DNA of 59,030 nt, from positions 1 to 59,030 of the forward strand of contig JAWXBZ010000148.1 in NCBI GenBank assembly GCA_034440375.1, given 5' to 3'. Shown in pieces: positions 48,912-59,030 of the stretch. Source of the DNA: Candidatus Eiseniibacteriota bacterium (lineage in GTDB: Bacteria > Eisenbacteria > RBG-16-71-46 > JABDJR01 > JAWXBZ01). Position 1 is the stretch's first letter. Each line of letters starts with the position of its first letter. The notes under the pieces are model-generated. The model did not search any database. It had not been told where the DNA came from and was given only the letters and a program-made list of their open reading frames with translations. A program made the translations under genes and the position numbers.

Positions 48912-49829
48912 TCATCCCGGCCGCTGGTCCTGGCCCATGACTTCCAGGAACGTCGATTCCAGCGATGGGCGGCGCGATTCCAGCCGATAGATGCGTGCGC
49001 CCCGTTCGACGAGCCACCGTGCGATCTCGGGGATCGACTCCTCACTCCGTACTCGCAGTCGGACAGCTCCGTCGTAGTGTGCCGGCGACCCGCCCAGGCG
49101 GCCGAGGCCTTCCAGCAATTCGGCGCTCATCGGTGTGAAGCGGAGCTCCACCTCGAAGTCCTCGCCCCCGGCCGAGAGACTCAAGGAGCGGATCGCCCGG
49201 CCCTGCTTCACGAACACCACCCGGTCGCAGGTGGCTTCCACCTCGCCCAGCAGGTGCGAATTCAGAAACACGGCGGTGCCGCGGGCTTTCAGGTCACGGA
49301 TGATGTCGCGCACGAGCAGGCGCCCGAGCGGGTCGAGGCCGGACGTCGGCTCATCGAGAAAAACCACCTCGGGGTCGTTCAGGAGGGCCTGGGCCAGGCC
49401 GATTCGCTGCAGCATCCCCTTGCTGTATTCACGAAGCTTGCGCGGGGCCGCGTCGAGCAGGTCCACCCGTTCAAGCAGGCGGTCGATCCGCTCGTCCAGC
49501 GCGGCGCGGCGGATCCCCAGCAGCTCGCCATGGAATCGAAGCAGTTCGCGCCCGGTGAGCCAGTCATGAAATCGGAAGTGCTCGGGGAGGAAGCCGAGTC
49601 TGGCGCGGATCGAACGGTTTCCGAGCGGAGCGCCGAGGACCGTGGCAGTGCCGGCCGTCGGCTCGACGAGACCCAGGAGCATCTTGAGCGACGTCGTCTT
49701 GCCGGCACCGTTCGGGCCCAGAAAGCCGAACACCTCTCCCCGTCCTACGGACAGGGAGAGGTCGGCCACGGCCAGTTTGCGTCCGAATTGTTTGCGGAGT
49801 CCGCGGGTCTCGATCACCCGGTCGCTCAT
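48912..49829 (-). CDS. ABC transporter ATP-binding protein
   Basis: GPNGAGKT, YSKGM, LDEPTSGLDP and NSH. Confidence 0.93.
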   Translation of the reverse strand: MSDRVIETRGLRKQFGRKLAVADLSLSVGRGEVFGFLGPNGAGKTTSLKMLLGLVEPTAGTATVLGAPLGNRSIRARLGFLPEHFRFHDWLTGRELLRFHGELLGIRRAALDERIDRLLERVDLLDAAPRKLREYSKGMLQRIGLAQALLNDPEVVFLDEPTSGLDPLGRLLVRDIIRDLKARGTAVFLNSHLLGEVEATCDRVVFVKQGRAIRSLSLSAGGEDFEVELRFTPMSAELLEGLGRLGGSPAHYDGAVRLRVRSEESIPEIARWLVERGARIYRLESRRPSLESTFLEVMGQDQRPG

Positions 49830-49868
49830 GGGTGTTCGCAACTCACGGCTTCAGTTCCCACCCGCTTC

Positions 49869-50882
49869 TCATTGCAGGCTCGCAGCCATCTCGACAAGAC
49901 TTTCGCTCTCCAAGTTGCCCTTCAGAGCATAGACCATGTCGCCTTCGGCCCACATGAGCATCGCACCCGACCGACGAGTGCCGCCGCCCGGACCGGCCTC
50001 GCCGTTCGTCGTAATCAGTAGCGCCTTGTTGCCGCGCACATTCACCTCGCGGAACGAGCCGGCGTCTGTCGGCAACGGCACGAGCAGGGTGCTGTGCCAG
50101 TCGATGGAGCGGGCGAAGCGCGCCGCCTCCCCCCGGTCCAGCCCGGCGATACGGAGCCCGATCTCCCCGACCTCGGCGAGATCGATACCCGGCGGCAGCG
50201 ACACCTCCGGGCTCCTTGCCTGGAGGAACGAAACGCGGCGTCTCTCGCTCCGATACTGGAGGGTGACGGACGGCGACGTCCGCACGCCGACCTGCGCGCC
50301 GTCCAGGCCCGCGGGGATGGTCACGTCGGTGAGGCCGAGCGCATCGAGGACCTCGCGCAACTTCGCGGTCTGTGCGGTGAACCGAGCCTCGCCGGAGTCA
50401 CGCACGGTGACGGTGTCGGCAGTCAGACCCGCTGGCAGAAGCCCAGGAACCCTGATCGCAAACCCGGCGGCCGAACCGGCCGACGCGACGTCGGTGAAGG
50501 TCCGCGGCGGACCGGGCTCCTGAAGGGTTTCCGTGTGACCGGCCAGCAGTCCCTCCAAGTCAATCGAGCCGTTCTGCAGCCGCTCGAGCCGGGCCGGATC
50601 GATGGAAACCACGGCAAAGGTGCGCACCCGGAACAGATCGAGAAAAGCATTGGCCGACGCGCGCAGTGCCGGGGAGAGAACGAGAGCCAGGACGGCTGCC
50701 GCGAGCACACCCCCGGCGAAAAGGGGCCACGGACGCCAGCCCGCACGCGCTGGTAGCACATCGTAGGTCATCGACTCGTCAACCCCCTCTTCCTGTTCCT
50801 GTCGGCGCAACCGCTCCCGCAGTTGAGACTTGAATTCGGTCGTGGGCCGGCCGCGCAGGCCGCCAAGGAAATCATCGTTCAT
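49869..50882 (-). CDS. Single-TM protein, probable anti-sigma factor
   Basis: Overlaps the ECF gene. P..EFK..LRERL N-terminus, one TM, large extracytoplasmic domain. Confidence 0.7.
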   Translation of the reverse strand: MNDDFLGGLRGRPTTEFKSQLRERLRRQEQEEGVDESMTYDVLPARAGWRPWPLFAGGVLAAAVLALVLSPALRASANAFLDLFRVRTFAVVSIDPARLERLQNGSIDLEGLLAGHTETLQEPGPPRTFTDVASAGSAAGFAIRVPGLLPAGLTADTVTVRDSGEARFTAQTAKLREVLDALGLTDVTIPAGLDGAQVGVRTSPSVTLQYRSERRRVSFLQARSPEVSLPPGIDLAEVGEIGLRIAGLDRGEAARFARSIDWHSTLLVPLPTDAGSFREVNVRGNKALLITTNGEAGPGGGTRRSGAMLMWAEGDMVYALKGNLESESLVEMAASLQ

Positions 50883-51432
50883 CGCGCTTCTCCTCCTCTG
50901 ACCATCCCTTCCGCAGCTCCAGAATCGTGCGGTGCAGGATGGTGCCGACATTGGACTGGGTGAGCCCGACTATCCGGGCGATTTCACGATTCGTCAGCTC
51001 CGCCCCGAACTTCCAGGCGATAAGCTCGCGCTCCCGTTCGGGGAGTCGCTCGAGCAGGCGGGTGAGCCGTTCCGCATCGGAGCGCCGCGCGGACAGCTCT
51101 TCGGGTGTCGCGCCGCCGGGAATATCCGCCGCCGCCTCGAGCGACACCATGACGCGCCGCCCCCGGTAATGATCCACGGCCAGATTCCGCGCGATCGTGA
51201 AGAGCCAGGCTCCGAACGCGCCCAGATCCCGCCGATATCGCGCACGAGCCCGCCACGCCCGCTCGAACGTCTCGGATGTCAAATCCTCGGCGTCCGCCGG
51301 ATTTCCGACACGATAGCGAAAGAAGTTATAGATCTGCGGCAGGTGCTCAGCGTACAGAGCATCCCAGTCCGCTTCGCAGGAGTCCTGCAATGGAAACAGC
51401 CGACTTCGAATCACGTTATCCATGGTGGCCAC
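50872..51432 (-). CDS. ECF sigma factor
   Basis: DAEDLTSETF, WLFTIARN and REIARIVG....NVGTILHR. Confidence 0.9.
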   Translation of the reverse strand: MATMDNVIRSRLFPLQDSCEADWDALYAEHLPQIYNFFRYRVGNPADAEDLTSETFERAWRARARYRRDLGAFGAWLFTIARNLAVDHYRGRRVMVSLEAAADIPGGATPEELSARRSDAERLTRLLERLPERERELIAWKFGAELTNREIARIVGLTQSNVGTILHRTILELRKGWSEEEKRDER

Positions 51433-51441
51433 AGAAGGGTG

Positions 51442-51466
51442 TACGGGGCGGGACCCAAAGTGTCAC
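51442..51466 (-). promoter_or_regulatory. Possible autoregulatory ECF promoter
   Basis: GTGAC-N16-CGTA about 10 bp before the GTG start, so possibly leaderless. Confidence 0.4.
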
Positions 51467-51651
51467 AGGGATTTGACCGAGCCCGGTTTCCAAACCCACC
51501 GACCGGATTCCGATCGTGCGGAGCCATCATAATAGTGGAAGATCCGGGAGCCGATCAGCGGGTCGGTTCCGCCGCCTGGACCTAGTACACTTCCCCGAAT
51601 GAGCTTCGGAGGCCGCGCATACCAGGCTTGTAACCCGGCAGGAGTAAGTCC

Positions 51652-52959
51652 GTGACAGCACCCCCATCGGGTGAGCGCACATTCCCCGAGAATCGCCCCG
51701 CGTGGCTGAGTTCTGCGGACGGCGAATTTCTGGCCGCCCGCTACCAGGTGACTCGAGAAGTCGGCCGGGGTCGGATGGGAGTCGTCTATCGCGCGCATCA
51801 CGCCACGCTGGATATCCCAATCGCCCTCAAGATTATTCGGGATGCCGATACAGCCGATCGATTCCACCACGAGGCCAGAATGCTGGCCCGGGTGAACTCG
51901 AATTATGTCGTCCGTGTACTCGATCTCGAGTACCTCCCTTCCGGCCTGCCGTTCCTGGTCATGGACTGGGTTGACGGTCGGGATCTGGCTGCGGAAATGC
52001 ACGCTGGTGGCGGACAGCTCTCGGAATCGCGCACTTTGCCGATCATGCGCGATGCCTGTCAGGGGATGCTGGCGGTTGAACGGGAACGCATCGTTCACCG
52101 CGACCTGGAGCCGTCCCTTACCGGCAGGACGCCATTCGAAGGTGACAGCATCTACTCGCTGTTCCTGAAGCACAAACTCGAACCAGTGTCCTCGCCAAAA
52201 TCGCGTTGCCCCGCACTGTCCGCGTCGAGTTGCGAAGCTCTCGAACGTTGCCTCTCGAAGTCACCGGGTGATCGTTATCAATCCTTTGATGCCCTGCTGG
52301 CGCATCTCGTGAAGGATACCGACGGCACCAATACGTGGACGGCTGATGCAGATCCGCGCCTGAGGGAAGTCCTGTCACGCTATCGCGAACGAAGGCAAAG
52401 CTATTTGAAACCTTCGCGGGGGCAGGACATTTCGGACACGTACAAGTTTCCCGACGATCGGGAACTTCACATCGTCACAGGGGACCTGGCCCGACAGGAC
52501 GTCGTGGCCCTTGTCAGTTCGGATGACTACGAACTCACGATGGGGGGAGGAGTGTCTCTGGCCCTCTTCAAGGCCGCTGGTGCGGATCTACTTGACGAGG
52601 CGGCCATTTATGTCCCCGTCCGTCCCGGTCGCGCTGTCGTCACGTCGGCCGGCCGCCTCCCGGCACGATTCATTTTCCACGGCATCACTCTCGGGGTCCG
52701 GGAGGGAGACTACCTGGTCCCGACGCACGACTTGATCAATGAGATCATCTCAAGCTGCCTGTACCATGTCGAAACACTCAACGTGACCAGCATTGCCTTC
52801 CCCCTTCTAGGTACCGGGGCCGGCGGATTCGAGCGGCAGGCCTGCCTGGACATCATGTTCGCCCGCCTTGCTCGAACCCTCGTTGGAGGTGTCACGCCGC
52901 TACGCTCCGCGCGAATCGTGCTGAACCCGTTGGCTTCGTTGCCGGAAGCGTTGGATTAG
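51652..52959 (+). CDS. Internally deleted Ser/Thr (pseudo)kinase fused to a macrodomain
   Basis: GRGRMGVVY, IALK and HRDLEPS joined directly to LTGRTPF, with no DFG or APE. C-terminal GDL...MGGGVS...IAFPLLGTGAGG. Confidence 0.78.
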   Translation: MTAPPSGERTFPENRPAWLSSADGEFLAARYQVTREVGRGRMGVVYRAHHATLDIPIALKIIRDADTADRFHHEARMLARVNSNYVVRVLDLEYLPSGLPFLVMDWVDGRDLAAEMHAGGGQLSESRTLPIMRDACQGMLAVERERIVHRDLEPSLTGRTPFEGDSIYSLFLKHKLEPVSSPKSRCPALSASSCEALERCLSKSPGDRYQSFDALLAHLVKDTDGTNTWTADADPRLREVLSRYRERRQSYLKPSRGQDISDTYKFPDDRELHIVTGDLARQDVVALVSSDDYELTMGGGVSLALFKAAGADLLDEAAIYVPVRPGRAVVTSAGRLPARFIFHGITLGVREGDYLVPTHDLINEIISSCLYHVETLNVTSIAFPLLGTGAGGFERQACLDIMFARLARTLVGGVTPLRSARIVLNPLASLPEALD

Positions 52960-52961
52960 CG

Positions 52962-53665
52962 CTACGGCTGAAACTGGCTCTTGATCCGTCCCCACGTTGT
53001 GGGCTCGACGGCGGTGGGGCACGATTCGTAGGCGTTGCCGTTGTGGGTCACTCGCTCCCAGAACGATCGGCCCGACGCGTGGCTCGTCCCATCTCCCCAC
53101 CAGAGATACGTGGAATCCTCGAAAGGTGGGTCGAGGTAGACAACCCCGGTGAGCGTCAGAGTGCCGTCGTAGTAGACGGACACTGCGCCGTGCTCGTCAC
53201 TTCAATTCGATACGTATGGGGCGAAATCTGCGTGTCAAGGAAAGCCTGAGATCCGATGGCAAAGTAGCTGCCCCAGAGATAGATGTTGCCGGCCCCGATG
53301 AACAGGATGTTTTCGACATCCGGTGCGGTCGCAAAGCCGATCGCCGCGCTGGTCGCCGCCTGGCCAGTGCCATTGTCGGTGTCGAGGCGCATCCGGACCT
53401 CGATCACCCAGGGGTCAGGGATTGCCAGATCGGTACCGGACTGAAAGTAATACAGCCCGTCAGTCAGGTTGGGGGTATCGATCTTGAGCAAACCACCGCT
53501 GAAACTGACATTGGCCGGATTGTTGGTCATCAAGTTCCAGAAGCAATCCACGTCGGGATACAGGCCGGAGGAAGCCGTCCACGTATGAGGGTACTGAGCG
53601 CTGGCAGGCACGCTCAGCCCGGCCAGACCCGCCGCAAGGAAGTACGTGAAAACTCTCAGCTTCAT
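52962..53665 (-). pseudogene. Secreted protein with a C-terminal PTTWGRIK motif, frameshifted near 53188
   Basis: Signal peptide MKLRVFTY..ASA. Frame breaks at ACG-G-CGCA-GTG, and a second frame continues VSVYYDG...CPTAVEPTTWGRIKSQFQP. Confidence 0.75.
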
Positions 53666-53944
53666 GGTGCAGCTCCCTAGGATGAGGTGAGGACGTGACT
53701 GAGGTCGACTGGCGAATGCACTGTCGATAGATTGTACGCCATGGTGCCCGACCATCTCCCAACACATTGCGGAACAATTTTTTCCAGCTACGACTCCGGG
53801 GCGATTCGCCTTACGGTGTCCGGATGGTGTCCATTGTCTGCCGCGTGAATCCGGGCCTCAGAGTGCGCCCCAACCCGGGTCTCGGAGACCTGCGGGGAGC
53901 ACTCCGGTGACCGATTTGCTCGCACGAGTCCGCGGCACAACCGA

Positions 53945-56500
<2,556 letters not shown>

Positions 56501-56731
56501 CCGCGTCTCGCTCCAATCCGGGCTACGGCAGTGCCGACGGGGTTTTGAGGCGGGGCCGAGTCGGGTTTCAGCGGCTGATCATGCACTCATTCCAGATCCA
56601 CCGGCTGGAATTGCGCGGCACGAATCGACACGCGAGCGTATCATCGCATCGTCAGGAAGCCAATCTCCAAGGTGAAGGGCCGGAGCCGGAGTGGCGTCCC
56701 GGGCAAACGGTCCATCGGAGGGGCCGGGTTC

Positions 56732-56755
56732 CGGACATGACATAAGTCATGTCCG
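56732..56755. promoter_or_regulatory. Perfect palindrome, Crp/Fnr-type operator
   Basis: CGGACATGAC-ATAA-GTCATGTCCG, core ATGAC-N4-GTCAT. Confidence 0.65.
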
Positions 56756-56827
56756 TCCATGGAAGTGACGGGTGGCATGCAATAACATCGGGTCGCCGAG
56801 GGTCCGAATCCCCAAAGTTTACATCAT

Positions 56828-56841
56828 GTGATTCAAGTCAT
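56828..56841. promoter_or_regulatory. Second Crp/Fnr-type box
   Basis: GTGAT-TCAA-GTCAT. Confidence 0.5.
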
Positions 56842-56876
56842 ACTCGCGAATTCCGCCGTCACTCAGAATAACCGGC

Positions 56877-57572
56877 ATGATCGGACCAGCGATGACGCGT
56901 GAACGAGACGACAGACCCGCGACGGGGACATCCCGCGTGGCTCCGGGCGTTTCCGAGGACCTGCTGAAATCGCACGGCTCGCGACTGATTCGCGTCGCCG
57001 GCGGGACGACCGTATTCGAAGCAGGCGATTCAGCCGACCACTTTCACGTCCTCAAGACCGGCCGCGTCCGGATGGTCTCGATGAGCGACAAGGGAAGAGA
57101 GTTTACCCAGGGCTGGTTCGAACCGGGGGAGAGCTTCGGTGAGCCCCCATTCTTCGCCCAGGTTCCCTATCCCGCGACGGCCGTGGCCGAGATGGATAGC
57201 ACGGTATGGAAATGCGCCCGGGCCGATTTTCTGAGACTTCTCCAGGAGAATCCGGCAGTCCATCTGGCGCTGACGCAGGCGCTGAGCCGCCGACTGGTAT
57301 ATAAGGCGTTGATGCTCGGTGAGATCGCGATCGAGGAAGCGGAACACCGCCTGGCCACCCTGTTCCGGTATCTCCGGCGGATCGCCGTTGGCGTGCCGTC
57401 GGCCGACTATCGGATCCCCCTGACCCGGCAACAGCTCGCAGACATGACGGGGTTGCGGGTGGAAACGGTCATTCGATCCGTCAAGAGCATGGAATCCAGA
57501 GGCGTTCTCGCCATCGTTGGTGGAAGAATTATCTGGAATGGAAAGATTTCCGGTGGTACGAACAAACGTTGA
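56877..57572 (+). CDS. Crp/Fnr family regulator (Dnr/HcpR-like, no FNR cysteine cluster)
   Basis: GESFGE, YPATA.A and LTRQQLADMTGLRVETVIR. Confidence 0.9.
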   Translation: MIGPAMTRERDDRPATGTSRVAPGVSEDLLKSHGSRLIRVAGGTTVFEAGDSADHFHVLKTGRVRMVSMSDKGREFTQGWFEPGESFGEPPFFAQVPYPATAVAEMDSTVWKCARADFLRLLQENPAVHLALTQALSRRLVYKALMLGEIAIEEAEHRLATLFRYLRRIAVGVPSADYRIPLTRQQLADMTGLRVETVIRSVKSMESRGVLAIVGGRIIWNGKISGGTNKR

Positions 57573-57585
57573 AGGGAGAATCCAA

Positions 57586-58305
57586 GTGTCTACGTTGACT
57601 GGTACGATCCGTGACTATGTGACGCAAGATTTCCGAACGGCCGCCGTTTTCGAAAAATATGGGCTGGACTTCTGCTGTGGAGGAGGCCTCCCCCTGGAGG
57701 AGGCCTGTCGGAAAAAGGGGTTGCATGCCGCCGCGATTCGGGAGGATCTGGCGTCGGTCATGACCTCACCGACGGATGGAGTGGATAACCCGGCAGCCTG
57801 GGATACCGGGCGACTGGTGGACCACATCGTCCAGATTCACCACGGCTACGTGCGATCAATCCTGCCCGTCATCCAGCAACATGCGAGGAAAGTGGCCGGT
57901 GTCCACGGCGCCCTTCATCCCGAGACCCTGGCCATCGCCGACCAGATGGATCGCGTGGCCGTGGAGATGACATCCCACATGGACCGGGAGGAAGGGGTGC
58001 TGTTTCCTCATGTGAAGCAACTCGCCGAAGCTGCGGCGACGGGAACCACACCGCCCCGCGCTCCTTTCGGCACGATCGCCTCGCCCATCGCCCTGATGGA
58101 AGCTGAACACCTCGCGGTCGGAAACGAGATGGCCGACGTGCGACGCCTCTCCAACCAGTACACTCCACCCGTGGATGCCTGCACGACGTACCGGGTTCTG
58201 TACGAGGAACTGGCACAGTTCGAAGCCGACTTGCACCGCCACGTGCATCTGGAGAACAACATCCTCTTCCCGCGGGCCACGGCACTGGAGAGACTCGAGG
58301 ATTGA
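57586..58305 (+). CDS. ric: Iron-sulfur cluster repair di-iron protein
   Basis: DFCCGG, HHGY, HM.REE..LFP, ME.EH and HVHLENNILFP. Confidence 0.95.
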   Translation: MSTLTGTIRDYVTQDFRTAAVFEKYGLDFCCGGGLPLEEACRKKGLHAAAIREDLASVMTSPTDGVDNPAAWDTGRLVDHIVQIHHGYVRSILPVIQQHARKVAGVHGALHPETLAIADQMDRVAVEMTSHMDREEGVLFPHVKQLAEAAATGTTPPRAPFGTIASPIALMEAEHLAVGNEMADVRRLSNQYTPPVDACTTYRVLYEELAQFEADLHRHVHLENNILFPRATALERLED

Positions 58306-58309
58306 CTGG

Positions 58310-58870
58310 ATGCCGACTGAAAGTTCCGTAGGCGCACCCCCCGGAGCGACCGTGGGCTCCCGCCGTTATCTGCTGCTCGGGACCGTATCGTTCTTTCTCT
58401 GTTTCATGGCATGGGGATTGGTCGGGGCCTTTGCTCCCCAGTTTCGGGAGCAGTTCGGCCTCTCGGCCACGGAAACGGCGCTCCTCGTGGCGTTCCCGGT
58501 GCTGCTCGGCTCCCTGGCACGCATCCCGATGGGAATGCTGACGGATCGGTTTGGCGGTCGCCTCGTTTTCACGGTCCTCATGTTGGCGTCCGCCGCGGCT
58601 GCGGCCACGGTGCCCCTCCAGGTGAGTTACACGGCATTGTTGATGAATGCCTTCCTTCTCGGTCTGGCGGGTGCGTCATTCGCCGTCGGAGTACCGTTCG
58701 TCGCCTCCTGGACGCCGCCGGAGCGCCGGGGCGGAGCCCTCGGGATCTACGGTCTCGGTACCGGTGGGCAATCAGCGGCCGTCTTTCTTGGGCCGCTCGT
58801 CGGCGCGGCCATCGGCATGACGTCGTTCTTCCGCGCCACGGCAGCCATCTTGATCGTCTGGGCCCTCATA
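58310..58870 (+). pseudogene. narK: Truncated NarK-type nitrate/nitrite MFS transporter
   Basis: PVLLGSLARIPMG.LTDRFGGR, GASFAVG and G.ALGIYG.G. Only about 6 TM before the sequence switches to antisense istB. Confidence 0.8.
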
Positions 58871-59030
58871 GCCGGTCGCAGATGGCGTCGGCCAGGGTCG
58901 GTTCACCGATGGCCTCATGCCATGATTTGACCGGCAACTGCGTGGTCAGGAGCGTGGAGCCCCTCTCGTAGCGGTCCTCGAAGACTTCGAGAAGGTCCCG
59001 TCGTTCCGGTTCCTTGATCGGGTTGATCAG
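58866..59030 (-). mobile_element. istB: IS21-family istB helper ATPase fragment (runs off window edge)
   Basis: ERRDLLEVFEDRYERGSTLLTTQLPVKSWHEAIGEPTLADAICDRL*, not in the ORF track. Confidence 0.88.

Overview
GC-rich bacterial window. The C-terminal FlgD-Ig/'PNPF' domains and a 'PTTWGRIK' tail suggest an FCB-related candidate phylum such as Ca. Eisenbacteria (inference). Five blocks: (1) 1-13.7 kb, an alpha-glucan utilisation locus (GDE, CBM20-esterase, pullulanase, secreted GH57, pcm, multidomain GH13), interrupted by an attC-like site and a decayed DUF433/DUF5615 cassette remnant. (2) 13.7-40 kb, an island of envelope and general-stress genes with a V4R/XylR-type sigma54 activator and seven well-placed sigma54 promoter motifs. 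It includes an operon ending in a PA2779-like Gly-Gly protein and a C39 peptidase-TPR-POTRA-beta-barrel fusion, which is the best candidate for an undescribed system. (3) 40-47 kb, a KaiC-like ATPase and histidine kinase run into xfp-ackA. (4) 47-56.5 kb, an ECF/anti-sigma/ABC unit, a deleted kinase-macrodomain fusion and a Ser/Thr kinase-TPR. (5) 56.7-59 kb, crp/fnr-ric-narK cut by an IS21 istB fragment. No rRNA, tRNA or CRISPR array was recognised. All calls come from reading motifs by eye, without database searches.
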